From contig NC_042999.1 of assembly GCF_006345805.1 (NCBI RefSeq), positions 23,622,001 to 23,686,000 of the forward strand: a stretch of 64,000 nt of DNA, given 5' to 3'. The translations under genes and the position numbers were made by a program. Positions 1-12,879 of the stretch are shown one piece after another (the stretch's first letter is position 1; each line of letters begins with the position of its first letter). This stretch comes from Octopus sinensis. Its lineage: Eukaryota. Under the pieces are notes generated by a model. It worked only from the letters and a program-made list of their open reading frames with translations, was not told the DNA's origin and ran no database searches.

Positions 1-256
1 AAGAGGTAGTGACAGACAGACAGACTGAAACACATGAGACAGAGAGAGAGAGAGAGAGAAATCTAATAGGCTTTTCCATGTCAACTGAACACCTCATATA
101 TTATAACCATTCCAGAAATATAATGTTGACATAAACATTGATGTCTTAAGTCTAGCATTACAATCGTTTATATATATATATATATATATTTAAAAAAAAA
201 AACAATTTAATTATGTATTTGTGTTTCATGGCAATTAACATTCTGTATCAACTTAC

Positions 257-412
257 TTGTGATCTCGAAGGTGATCTCGCCGACGGAACCATTTCAAGCA
301 CTTATCACACTGATAAGGACGTTCATCTGTATGTGTTCTCACGTGGATATTTCGGTTGTAAGCTTTGGTGAAACTTCGTTGGCAATACTGACAAATGTAT
401 ACTCGTTTCTCA
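257..412 (-). CDS. osr: Odd-skipped-related C2H2 zinc-finger exon (finger 1 and most of finger 2)
   Basis: Translates [51 protein letters not shown], which matches the Odd/Osr signature ([34 protein letters not shown]). Acceptor ttttacag ends at 413 and donor GTAAGT starts at 256. 156 bp, phase 2-2. The next exon is not visible in 1-250. Confidence 0.9.
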
Positions 413-1684
413 CTGTAAAAATAAAATGAGTAGAAATTCAATAAATATGACTGTGTGTTTCATGATGTTTGTTTTCGGTAAGTAACTTTCTTATTTATTT
501 ATTGCCCACAAGGAGCTAAACATAGAGGGGACAAACAAGGACAGACAAACAGATTAAGTCGATTACACCAACCCCAGTGCATAACTGGTACTTAATTTAT
601 CGACCCCCGAAAGGATGAAAGGCAAAGTCGACCTCAGCGGAATTTGAACTCAGAACGCAGCAGCGGACGAAATACCACAAAGCATTTCACCCGGCGTGCT
701 AACGTTTCTGCCAAGCTCGCTGCCTTGTTACTTGGGTAAATAACTTTCTAATTTATCGAACCCGGAAGGATGAAAGGCAAAGTAGACCTTGGCGTAATTT
801 GAACTCAGAATGCAGCAGCAGACGAAATACCACAAAGCATTTCACCTGGCGTGCTAACGTTTCTGCCAGCTTGCCACCTTGTTACTTGGGTAAATAACTT
901 TCTGCTATAGCCCGACTCTTGTCCATTCAAAACCATGTAAATGAATTTATCATCATCCGTTCTTCTCCTCCTCATTGTTGTCATCGTGCAAATGGATTTA
1001 TCCTTGTCTATTCTCATTGTAGTCATCATTGTCAATTTATATCTGTTTTCAATGGTGGATGGTTTGACAGGATCTGGCAAACCACAGGGCTGCGTCATGC
1101 TCCAACGTTAGCTATGGTATGGATTCTATGGATGAATGCCTTTCCTAATGCCAAACACTTTATACTTTAGTAGATGGAAACTGAAAGAAGCCTGCTGTTC
1201 ATGTGCATGGAAATATATCATGTGATGGTTTTAAATGAACATAACCATCATACAAATAGTCCCATTTCTAATCTTCCATGGAAACATATCCAGCAATTAT
1301 TTTGGGAACAGGTGAGGGTCAGTGACAAGAAGGGCATCCAGCCAAAGAAAATCTGCACTAGCAAATTCGGTTTGACCCATCCTTGCATTGGTCTGATGTT
1401 TAAACAATGTTGATGATATGAATAGTGGTTGGACCACAGAGGGGCTGTAAAACTGATAGCTGAAGCCTAATCACACCTAAGTAAACTGGTGTGTTTTCAA
1501 AATCTAAGGGTCTTTTATGGTGTGGTGATGTAAACCCCCATCCATTAGGTTTCCAGTTTGCAAATAAGGGAATGGTCTGTAGATATGTAGGTTAGCGGCG
1601 GTAACGGCAACAACCATGCTCAAATAATGTTTTTTACGTGCCACCTGCACAGGAGCCAGTGCAGTGGCACTGGCAACGACCTCA

Positions 1685-1733
<49 letters not shown>

Positions 1734-1810
1734 GGGAAAGTTCACGAAAAAAACAAAAGATGAAGATAGGTGGTGCACAAAACAAACAGATGTATTAGTA
1801 TAATATAACT

Positions 1811-2563
1811 GGCTTCAGGAAACAACCACAAGGTACAATAGTTAAAATGAGATTGTAAAAACCAAGATTAGGCACTATTTTTACAATCTGAATATATCAG
1901 TGTATAACATGTTTTGGTCTTATTAGACCTTTTCTGGCTACCAGTTCTTGGAATGACTAGAGAGATAAGTTGTAACATGCTGGACTTCTTAGCCATAAAA
2001 ATTGGTAAGCAGCCCTGGGCAGAAATGCGGGTTGTCCTTTCACAAGGTATATAGAACATGCTAGCCACCCTGCCAGGGTCACTGTGAAATCCTGAAGCCC
2101 TGAAAAGAGCAGTAATGCCCACTATCATTGAAAAACTTAAGCATACCAAATATTTTATCTTTGGATTTCTTGTAATTTGCAGAACAAGTTACATTTTTAT
2201 CACTCTTGCTCTGGGAAACCCCATCAATTTTGACTGGCACTGCAACTATCTGTAGGACCTGTGACCATAGACGAGAAATTAGCAGTGGAAAGATACAAGA
2301 ACCTTTTTTATTAACACAGCCACATTTACTAATCACAGGATTCTAACTAACCAATCTTTATGGCTAAGTCCAGCATGTTACAACTTATCTCTCTAGTCAT
2401 TCCAAGAACTGGCAGCCATGATTAAACTGTAATTTGCTAAAAAGGTCTAATAAGACCAAAACATGTTATACACTGATATATTCAGATTGTAAAACTAGTA
2501 CCCTTATCTTGGTTTTTACAATCTCGTTTTGACTGTTGTACCTTGTGGTTGTTTCCTGAAGCC
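1811..2563. repeat. Long inverted repeat (arms 1811-2006 and 2350-2563), probable Penelope-like relic
   Basis: Arms are reverse complements. Both contain a decayed hammerhead-like GGTC-TAATAA-GACC-AAAACATGT. The spacer carries a weak HQFDW-like remnant. Confidence 0.8.
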
Positions 2564-3279
2564 TGTTTATATTAATGATGCACCACACTAGGTACCATGA
2601 TACCATAAATAATAACTAATTTAGCCATTCCTGTTTCTTTTACCAAAACGAATTCACCAGTCTATAAAAAAATATGAGGCTCACCCTTTTTTAAATTTAG
2701 ATCTTCTAGCTCTCAGTGATGTAGTGATATTTCCAGGTTTTTGAAATCTGTAAAAGAAAGATAAATATTTTCTTTTAAAACTGGAAATAGGAGAGAAACC
2801 TAAAAACAGATTGTACAAATAGCATGAAATGGAATTAATGACTACTTATAAAATGGGACCATTTCAACCCTTTTGTGTTCAGATTACTTTTTCAAAGACA
2901 ATGTACAAACAGATGGAAAATATTATTTCAAATTAATCATGCATTATGTTGTAGTATCAAGATTTCAATGATGATGATGATGATGGTGATGGCGCGGCAA
3001 CGATGACGACCATCATCATCGTCATCGTTTAATGTCTGCTTTACATGCTAGCATGGGTTGGATGGTTTGACAGAGGTCTGGTGAACCAAGCTGATCTGGC
3101 AGAGTTTCTACAGCTGGATGCTCTTCCTAATGCCAACCATTCCGAGAGTGTAGTGAATGCTTTTACATGCCACCGGCATGAGGGCCAGTCAGGCGGTACT
3201 GGCAACAACCATGCTCAAATGGTGTTTTTTGCGTGCCACCTGCACAGGAGCCAGTGCAGTGACACTGGCAACGACCTCA

Positions 3280-3369
<90 letters not shown>

Positions 3370-3821
3370 ATATATATAGGGAAAGTTCATGAAAAAAACA
3401 AAAGATGAAGATAGGTGGTGTACAAAACAAACAAATGTATTAGTATAACGCTCAGGAATTGAAAAAGTCTTTTACGTTTCGAGCCTACGCTCTTCTACAG
3501 AAAGGGACACAGAAAGAAACAAGGAGAGCAACAAGGAGGGAAAAAAAAATGTGTGTATACAACAGGCTTCTTTCAGTTTGCGTCTACTAAATCCACTCAC
3601 AAGGCTTTGGTTGATCTGAGGCTCTAGCAGAAGACACTTGCCCAAGGTGTCATGCAGTGGGACCAAACCCGGAACCATGTGGTTGTTAAGCAAGCTACTT
3701 ACCACACAGCTACGTTAGTATACTTTTTAAAAATCAATCAATCAATCTAAATAGATAATCACAAGCTAAATGAACAGAACACAAGACAAGATACCAAAAT
3801 GATAGCACGTTAGTTACTCAC

Positions 3822-4794
3822 CGACGAGGGGTTCTGATATGATGCAACTCCTGCAATCTATTATGAAACTGCTGACTACTTAAGAGCTGGCGACGGAAGT
3901 GCTGATATTTTCGTACTTCTGTGAACATATTGTCATTAGCACCATTATTACTACCACTATTAATAACACTGTTACTGTTAATACTACTACTATTGCTGTC
4001 TTTGGTGAGTTCATATTTATAAACAACTTTATTTGATTCAGCTGTTTTGGTGGTGGTGGTCGTCGTCGTGGTTGTTAGTTTGTGATGCTTGTGTAAGTGT
4101 TGGCTGTCTGCGACACTCATCGATTTCTCCGGGCTGTCCACCAAAATTCCAAGATGCTGCTTGTTCTCATTTATTTTTCCTTCAAGATGATGAACCTCTG
4201 TTATTGTCACAACATCGATTTCGGGTTCCGGCGTTGAAATTTGCCTTTTTCTCTTTTGCTTCGCCTCTTCAATTGCTTCCATGGATTTACCAAGATTCCG
4301 AAAATTAAATGCTGGTGATTTACACCTGTAGGAATCATCACCTTCAACATCTTTGTCATCACTACCACTACCGTCATCATCAATATTAGCTTTGTTATAA
4401 TTACTATTAGCCTTAATATTATTATTGTTACTATTATTATTATTACTATTACAGCAACTGTTATTTTTAGCAATTGAAGAATTTACAACAGTTTCACAAC
4501 AGCCACATTCACTGCTATTAGAACAGTGGAACTGGTTATGGGCTGTTGTCTTCAGTCGTAGTTCTTCAAGTTGTTGTTTTTGATGTCTCAAATGACTGGA
4601 ATGTTGCACATGTTGTTGCCGCCGAAGTTGGTTAAGATGGTGTGGATCCTGAAGACTAGTGGTGGTGGGTTCTTCTTTGACATGTTGGAATTGGTTAAGC
4701 AGTTTTGATGACTGGGCTAATGCAAGTCTATGTGCAGCAGGAGGAACTATGGCTGACTGCAAACTCAGCAGCGATGACATTCCATTCTGTTTAC
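3822..4794 (-). CDS. osr: Large N-terminal exon of the Osr-like gene (Q/H/N/T low-complexity tracts, FNFRNLGKS motif)
   Basis: Open frame with acceptor gatacag ending at 4795 and donor GTGAGT at 3821. It ends CG, which joins T of the 412 exon to give Arg in frame. SPAFNFRNLGKS resembles the Osr FDFANLA motif. Confidence 0.8.
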
Positions 4795-5244
4795 CTGTAT
4801 CAAGAATATAGGTATAAATAGTTATAACATCAACCATGAAAATAATAATAATAATAATAATAATAATATAATAATAATAATAATAATAATAATAAGTACA
4901 TCTAAAGTAACACTGACTGGATGAAACAGCTGGTAAGACAACATGAACAGAGTAAGAAAGCTTAACCACCCTAATTCTGATGATGGTGATGGTGATGAGG
5001 ACACACCACTCACTAAGGCAGAAAATTGTAGGGATTGGCAAGAAAAACCCTTTGTATGGGCAATACAGCAAACAAGCTGGGATGGATGTAGATATGAGAA
5101 GAACACATCAGTATCTGCAGAGCATTGGTTTGAATGCTAAAACAGAAAAGATTTATCCCAGTGGTACAGTATCAGAATTTCCTCACCTGGAACTCTCATC
5201 TAATCATGCACAATAAAATAGACACAAAGTGTAAACCCTGCAAT

Positions 5245-5470
5245 GACTAACTTGAGAGCATTGATCACAATGTTGCTTAGTGCTCGCACCAACAGAATAT
5301 AAAACCAGGATATGACTGAGTTGGTTAATATGCCGTCACTATGATATCCTGCACCCTATAAACTGCTATGAACACCATCCAGAGCCAGTCACCATCCTAT
5401 GGGATTATGAGATACATATAGATAAGCAAATAAATGCTAACAGACCAGATATCGTAATCAAAGATAGGGT
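5245..5470 (+). mobile_element. R4/Dong-like non-LTR fragment (zinc knuckle + restriction-like endonuclease)
   Basis: ESIDH....EYKTR and TILWDYEIHIDKQINANRPDIVIKD. Confidence 0.55.
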
Positions 5471-5994
5471 TCTCGGGAAGATTCAGCATGACACAGAGTG
5501 TGACAAGGTTGGCCCTTTGAAATACAGGTACAACAGCAATAGGAAGAAAGAGTGAGAGAAAGTGTAAAGGAGTACAGCAGGGTTCATCACCACCTCCAGC
5601 TGGAGCTATATGGAGCTTTTAGGTGTTCTCGCTCAGTAAACACAACACCCAGTCTGGGAATTGAAACCGTGATCCTATGACCACGAGTCTGCTGCCCTAA
5701 CCACTGGGCCAGTGTGTCTCCACAATAATTGCATGTAACAGTGAATAAAGTCCTATATATGTAATCATATCACATAAATATACAGACATGAAAGCAGGAA
5801 ATAATCTAAATTGTTTTAAACATAAATACTTACCACACCTTTGTTTGCAGAAGGAAAGAAAGGAAAGTGGAAATAAGAAAAAAATATAAGAAAAGAAAAG
5901 AAAACAATATTTGTTGTTTGTTTGCTACTCATAGTAAATAACTTATTTCCTGAACAGAAATTTCAGCTAAACTCTTTAGCATCTAAGCAGGCTG

Positions 5995-6345
5995 TCATCA
6001 TCATCATCATCATCATCGTTTAACGTCCGTTTTCCGCGCTAGCACGGGTCGGACGGTTCGACCGGGGATCGAGGAAGCCAGAAGGCTGCACCAGGCTCCA
6101 GTCTGATCTGGCAGAGTTTCTACAGCTGGATGCCCTTCCTAAAGCCAACCACTCCGCGAGTGTAGTGGGTGCTTTTTACGTGCCACCTGCACAGGTGCCA
6201 GGGGGGGCCCGGCATAGGTCACGATCGGTTGGAGCTTTTAACGTGCCACTGGCACGGAAGCCAGCCAAGGCGACGCTGGCAACGGCCACGTTCGGATGGT
6301 GCTTTTTATGTGCCATCGGCACAGGAGCCAGTCGGGGCTGTATCC
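5995..6345 (-). mobile_element. SINE family D with (GAT)n tail
   Basis: GCATCCAGCTGTAGAAACTCTGCC...GGACGTTAAACGATGATGAT. Other copies at about 1040-1160, 3010-3280, 11955-12400. Confidence 0.7.
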
Positions 6346-8241
6346 GGCGAAAATATCCAACCAGTTTTATGTTCAAACTGAACAGATCCAGCCTCTCACA
6401 CCTACCCTACAATGTCATTCTAAAAAAATACACAAACACACTATTGATATCTCGAAGCTGTGAGATAAGGCATAATTAATTCCAAACTATGAATAAATAA
6501 ACATTACTTTAATAGAGTAACCTGAATATTAAGGTTAAAGGTTAAATAATTGTGTTAGCAAACAGAAAGCAAAAAAAAAAAAAAAAATGTAACATCTGAT
6601 ACAGTGGTAGGTCATATCTGGAATGTCTTTGATCATTTAGGCCAGTGGTTCTCAACCCCTTTTTTAATCATATTTTACTTTATTGGACCTCTGTAGCCAT
6701 TCACGATATATATTAAAAATATCCTACCGTATTTTTATAATTAAGTATTCTTATATTGTTTTACTTGGTTCAATTGTTTGACTGTGGCCATGCCAGGGCA
6801 CCACTTTTAGTCAAAGAAATTGACCCCAGGACTTAATCTTTGTAAGCCTGGTACTTATTCTATTGGTCTCTTGTTGAACTGCTAAGTTTTGGGGACATAA
6901 ACACACCAGCATCAGTTGTCAAGCAATGGTGGGGGGACAAACACAGACACATACATACATACACACGTATATATACATACAGCAGGCTTCTTTCAGTTTC
7001 TTCTACCAAATCCACTCACAAGGCATTGGTCTGCTTGAGGCTATAGTAGAAGACACTCGCTCAAGGTGCCACAAAATGGGACTGAACCCGGAACCATGTG
7101 GTTGGGAAGCAAGCTTCTTACCCCATAGTCACTCCTGTGCCTCCAAACAGCCATGCCTTGTATAAAAAATGGGAAATATAACCTGACCTATTTTGTGCAC
7201 TTTCACTTTCTCTCCACACTCACTAGTAGCCATGGATGGGGGGGGGGGCACTTTTAAAGAGCACCACTTTTGGGTCTGCTATAGGCAATATGTGTTTTTA
7301 TGGGGGCCGGGGGTGGCAAACAGAAGGGCTGCCCCAGGAAGCACACACTCTAGCTATGCTATTGTCCACACTTTCTCTTCTCTTTCTCTCTTTGTAGTAA
7401 ACTAAACCCACCCTCCCTTTCTCAAACGCTATATATTTTAAACTCTTTTTAGACTACTTCCATCTTCTTCCCCCCCCCCCGTCTCTCTCCTCTTTCTATC
7501 TCTTACTCCCTCTTATCAGCAAAATCAATAAAGTTTCTCCTTATCAAACAACCAATAGTGGCAATTAAACTCTCTACTGTTAATTTCCATCTTATCCTAC
7601 CCATCTCTCTCTCTCTCTTTCACAAGCTCTCCTCTTCAACTAAGTAGTTACTTCAATGTTTAAAACAATTTCTAGATAGAATGGTTTAGAATGGTTTTAA
7701 ATTTGGTAAAAATAAATTTTGTGCACTTTGTCACAAAGAAAAAAAAAAATGACAGGACTTCTGGATACTTCCTCAAATGTTTCCCACAAAGCCCTTTCTT
7801 TTGAGAATGCAAACCAGTATCACTTGTCCCCTTGGACACACGCATCACCATTAGTTTCCTTGTAAATAGGAAGAACATCAATAAATTTCCTTCAATTCTA
7901 TAGTTTTTATGTCTTTTACTGAGTGACCGGTATGAAGGTGCATGGCTTAGTGGTTAGAGCATCGAGCTTATGATCATGAGGTTGTGAGCTCAAATTCTGG
8001 ACCAGGCTGCGTGTTGTGCTCTTGAGCAAGACGCTTTATTTCACGTTACAAGATAATGTAGACATTATAGCAGAAAGACAAAAATAATAAAAAAGAATGA
8101 TCAAGATTGGTCAGGTCAACTTTGAAACAAATTTCCTGAAATTAATCGTGATTCATCTGGAAATTAACCAACAACAAATACACACAAAACAACAACTAAA
8201 AGAGAAGAAAAATATAGGGAAATGTAATTAATTCAACTCAC

Positions 8242-8568
8242 TTGGATAATTATAATAATCTTCTCTTTGCCTTCGAGGAGATGGACTTGGAATGTGCGGT
8301 GATGGCCATGGTAAAAAACCTGACACAAATTGCTGGTAATGGAGAATGTCATTTAGGGCACAGCTGGGAATGCCTGTGGTTGAACTGTTGTTGCTCATGG
8401 TTGGTGGCAAACAGGAAGAATGGTTACCTCCGAAGTGTGACTGGGAGAAGAATGGCCGAATTGGATGGTGTACAAACATCATAGTTGGGCTGATCAAAGT
8501 ATGTGCCATGATGATTGTGATGATAGGATGTCGATCAACTCTTAAAGTAACTCCTAGAAATTTAACTC
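8242..8568 (-). CDS. Probable upstream exon of the Osr-like gene (possible start Met at 8509, MAHTLISPT...)
   Basis: Non-repetitive P/S/H-rich open frame. Donor A|GTGAGT at 8241 is phase 1 and joins GT of the 4794 exon to give Ser in frame. Pyrimidine-rich acceptor ttctctttctag ends at 8569. Confidence 0.6.
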
Positions 8569-8892
8569 CTAGAAAGAGAAAAAACACATACATAAATATA
8601 TGAGGAGAATTTATGAAAAAAAAAACAAAAGACGAAGACAGGTGGTGTACAAAACAAACAGATGTATTAGTATAACGCTCAGGAATAGAAAAAGGCTTTT
8701 ACGTTTCGAGCCTAAGCTCTTCTACAGAAAGCAACACAGAAAGAAAAAAAGGAGAGAAACAAGGAGAGAAAAAATGTGTGTAGTGGCTAACAATCTATCA
8801 TGGCGACTGCCAGACAGAAGGGTCACACACAAGAGGTTAAGAAGTAGGGGACTTAACAAAGTAAAGATGACCCCCAAATATGTATATATATA

Positions 8893-8933
<41 letters not shown>

Positions 8934-9227
8934 AGTAAAATAAAATAAAATAGTGAAGATACAAAGCTTTTTGCAGTGCATAAAGGAAATTATTCAGACA
9001 CAAAAGCCCATCATCAGTCTATTTGTTCTTGGGCCAATGCACCATATCTATAGGCGTAGGAGTGGCTGCGTGGGTAAGTAGCTTGCTTACCAACCACATG
9101 GTTCCGGGTTCAGTCCCACTGCATGGCACCTTGGGCAAGTGTCTCTACTATAGCTGCGGGCCAATCAAAGCCTTGCAAGTGGATTTGGTAGATGGAAACT
9201 GAAAGAAGCCCATCGTATATATGTATA

Positions 9228-9259
<32 letters not shown>

Positions 9260-9646
9260 CTAGCAGTATCGCCCGGCGTTGCTCAGGTTTGTAAGGGAAA
9301 TAACTATAAAGCGTTTTTAGAGAGTTATAGCCAAAAAATAGCAAAAAAATGGAAAAAAAATGATGGTAAATTTTTTTTTGAGAGTTAAAAAAGGTGGAGT
9401 TGCGTCCCCTAGACGGTCTGTGGTTTGGGTTTCTAATTCTCGACCCCCATGTCGAATTTATCGATTTTTTTTCAGAACTGGGGGAACTTTTCAAAATTTT
9501 CGCTGCGTTAGTTTTGAATTATGACATTGGGCTATGTGTGTGTCAAGTTTCATCAGAATCGGTTGAAAGCCGTGGTCAGGGTGAGGGTACGAGAAAACAG
9601 ACACACAGAAAATGCACAGACAAACTGCCGTTTATATAGAGAGAGA
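9260..9646 (-). mobile_element. Non-autonomous Helitron inserted in a SINE
   Basis: 5' A|TCTCTCTCTATATAAAC and 3' hairpin+CTAG|T. It shares its 3' end with the 14855 copy and splits the SINE at 9055-9880. Confidence 0.75.
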
Positions 9647-10444
9647 TATATGTACGTGTGTGTATATGTTTGCATGTCTGTGATTGTCCCCCAAACATCG
9701 CTTGACAACTGATGCTGGTGTGTTTACGTCCCCCGTAACTTACCAGTTCGGCAAAAGAGACCAATAGAATAAATATTAGGCTTACAAAGAATAAGTCCTG
9801 GGGGCGATTTGCTCAAATAAAGCCGGTGCTCCAGCATGGCCACAGTCAAATGACTGAAATAAGTAAAAGAGTAAAAGAGGACCCCCCCCCGAGAGCTATC
9901 TTATCATCTGTGGACCCCATATATGTGCACATCACACAGCTACAGCATGTATCTGACAGAATTTTTCTGCCCCAAACTGTTAATTCTGTTGTGCCCCACA
10001 TTCTGTTAATCATGTTCTTTTTTCCACACTCTATTATGTTCAGCATTCTTTCTATATGTCTAGGAGTTCCTACTTGGCATCAGGTTCTATAATGCCCATC
10101 CTCACACAGTTGGTACAACCATGCATCATTCACACAAAATCTAGACAAACATGCCGAACTTACATCAAAGGCATCTTCTAGTGGTGCTATGCCAATCATG
10201 GCTTAGTGGTTAGGGTGTCAGTACCATGATTGTAAGATTGTGATTTCGATTCCTGGACCGGGCGATGCGTTGTGTTCTTGAGCAAAACACTTCATTTCAC
10301 GTTGCTCCAGTCCACTCAGCTGGCAAAAATGAGTATCGCTGTGATGGACTGGTGTCCCATCCAGCTTGGGAACACAAACGCCAAAGAAACTGGGAAACCA
10401 GGCCCATGAGCCTGGCTAGGCTTTAAAAAGGGTGCATTTATTTT

Positions 10445-10705
10445 GTGGAGGCATGTGGCTTAGTGGTTAGAATGTTGAACTCATGATCGTAAAGTTGTGG
10501 TTTCGATTCCTGGACTGGGGGATACGTTGTGTTCTTGAGCAAAATACTTCATTTTCACGTTGCTCCAGTCCACTCAGCTGGCAAAAATGAGTTATCTTGC
10601 GACGGACCGATGTCCCGTCCAGATGGGGAATTCCTACACTACTGAAACCGGGAGACCGGCCCTTATGATCCTGGCATGGCTCAAGAAGGAACATTTTTTT
10701 TTTAA
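10445..10705 (+). mobile_element. SINE family C (tRNA-like head)
   Basis: GTGGCTTAGTGGTTAG...TTCACGTTGCTCCAGTCCACTCAGCTGGC. Other copies at about 7935-8048, 10195-10440, 56640-56750(-), 61340-61515(-). Confidence 0.65.
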
Positions 10706-12370
10706 TCATATCTCTTTCAAAATGAAAAATAAAAAATAGAATAAAAACATCATTGCGCTACACCCATATTACATGAGTAACACTTGCCTAAGTAGAATCC
10801 TCACAACTGCTTCAAATTTTAATATTAATTAGGCCTCACTACCATAAACACCACTTAACTATGTAACTTTCACAGTTGCTCCAAATGTTCGGCTTGACTA
10901 TTGCTAAGGATCTCTTGTGGTAAAAGTTCATCCTTAAGTAATGTATCTAGAAACACATCCTCAAGATTGTCCCTTCTCTTCAAGAGCAGGAAATACTTTA
11001 GCCCCTAACAGTTACTAAAACACTCGAGAAAGTTCAAGTGAAGCCCATAATGGTATACTGCTCTCACATAGAACATCTCTCTGGAATCTTCTGCTCATGT
11101 CTTTGCTGCAGGTTTTTCTCACTCTCATCGATACTCAACTTCTTCACAGACTGTTTTCTTTCTAAGCTTGGTATTAATCTTATTGGTTTCATGAGTGGTG
11201 GGGTAGACAAACACACACATGCACACATACATGCATACACACACACACACACATTGGCAGGCTTCTACACATTTTGTCTACAAAATGGGTGAGTCTGAGG
11301 CTGTGGTAGAAGACACCCAATTTGCCGCACAGTAGGATTGAACCCAAAGCAGTGAGGTTGCAGAGTGAGCTTCTTAACCACACAGCCATGCCTATGCTGG
11401 CTGTGAACATTGATAAATGTAAATATCTAATGAAATTTAAAATTTAAAAAATAGCCTTAACCTGCACCATGGTGAATAAAATCATTGTTTAGTAGCACTT
11501 TTGATGATGTCAGTGTATTAAAATAAAAAAACAAACATAAGAATTCAACGACATGACAATTAGTTTATCTATTTATTAAATATATAAAAAAATTTTAGAA
11601 AAAAATTATGCATATTAGATTATATGAAAAGTAATTATAATTAATGGGTTATTTAGTATTGAAATATCTAAATGTTTTTTTATATTTGTGAGAACATTTC
11701 AATGTAAAATTAGCCTTACAGTTCAATTATATTAATCTAGAAGCAATCATATAATACAGTTCCTGAAGGCAAAGATCACACTTGAAATTACCAGTATTGT
11801 ATGATGATAGGTAACTAATAATGGACCATTTTCAATCATAGTCATTGTTCCTATCTTTTAAATCCCAGATGCATTTACTAAGATTCATAGAATTACATTT
11901 TCTTCTATACTTGTAAGAATGAGAAATATTATGTAATCTAGATGTTCAACTTGTAGCAGACTGGCATCCGTACTAGTGGGGTGCAAAGAGCACCATCCGA
12001 GTGTGATCGTTACCAGAGTGGCTAACTGGCCTCTGTACCAGTGACATATAAAAGGCACCATTTGAGTGTGATCATTACCAGCATCGCCTTACTGGCTGAG
12101 CATGATCGTTACCAGCATTGCTTTACTGGCACCTGTGCCAGTGGCATGTGTAAAGGATTCGAGCGAGGTCGTTGCCAGTACTGCCTGACTGGCCCCGTGC
12201 CGGTGGCATGTAAAAGCACCCACTATGCTCTCAGAGTGGTTGGCATTAGGAAGGGCATCCAGCTGTAGAAACTCTGCCAGATCAAGATTGGAGCCTGGTG
12301 CAGCCATCTGGTTTGCCAGCCCTCAGTCAAATCGTCCGACCCATGCTAGCATGGAAAGCGGACGTTAAAC

Positions 12371-12404
<34 letters not shown>

Positions 12405-12879
12405 CTATGTAATACATACAATCCCCTATTATGACCTTACATCAATACACTGTTTAATTTTTAAGCACTGATTTTCTGAAGGATAGATAACTTTAGGCAT
12501 ATATTTACTTGTATGTGGTACTCATGGTTCAAAGAATTAATACTGATCCTCCTCTCAGTAGTAGGTGTTAAGGCAGGAGTATAATTAGTATTATAATTAA
12601 TTAATATTATTAGAGGGTGTTATCTTAAAAGCTTTTACCACAGTCATAATATAAAAATCTAGTTCAGGAAAAATATTAGCATTAATTTCACAATTCACAC
12701 TTATTGGTTCTATTCATGTTTACAAATTGTGAGTTGAGATACTTCCTAATTCTACTTTCGTTATGTGCTGCTATAAAAGTTCATCTAAATTTCTGGTGGT
12801 TTAATCCAAAAAACTTTACTCTCTGGCAATTCAACAGTTCCTCCCCATCAACATTTCACGCCTTGTGCTTATAGAAAAA

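Noticed and set aside
4795-5071. N-terminal extension of the 417-aa ORF (MLYCPYKG...YYYYIIII)
   Set aside because: It lies upstream of the acceptor at 4795 and crosses an (ATT)n tract, so it is intronic read-through.
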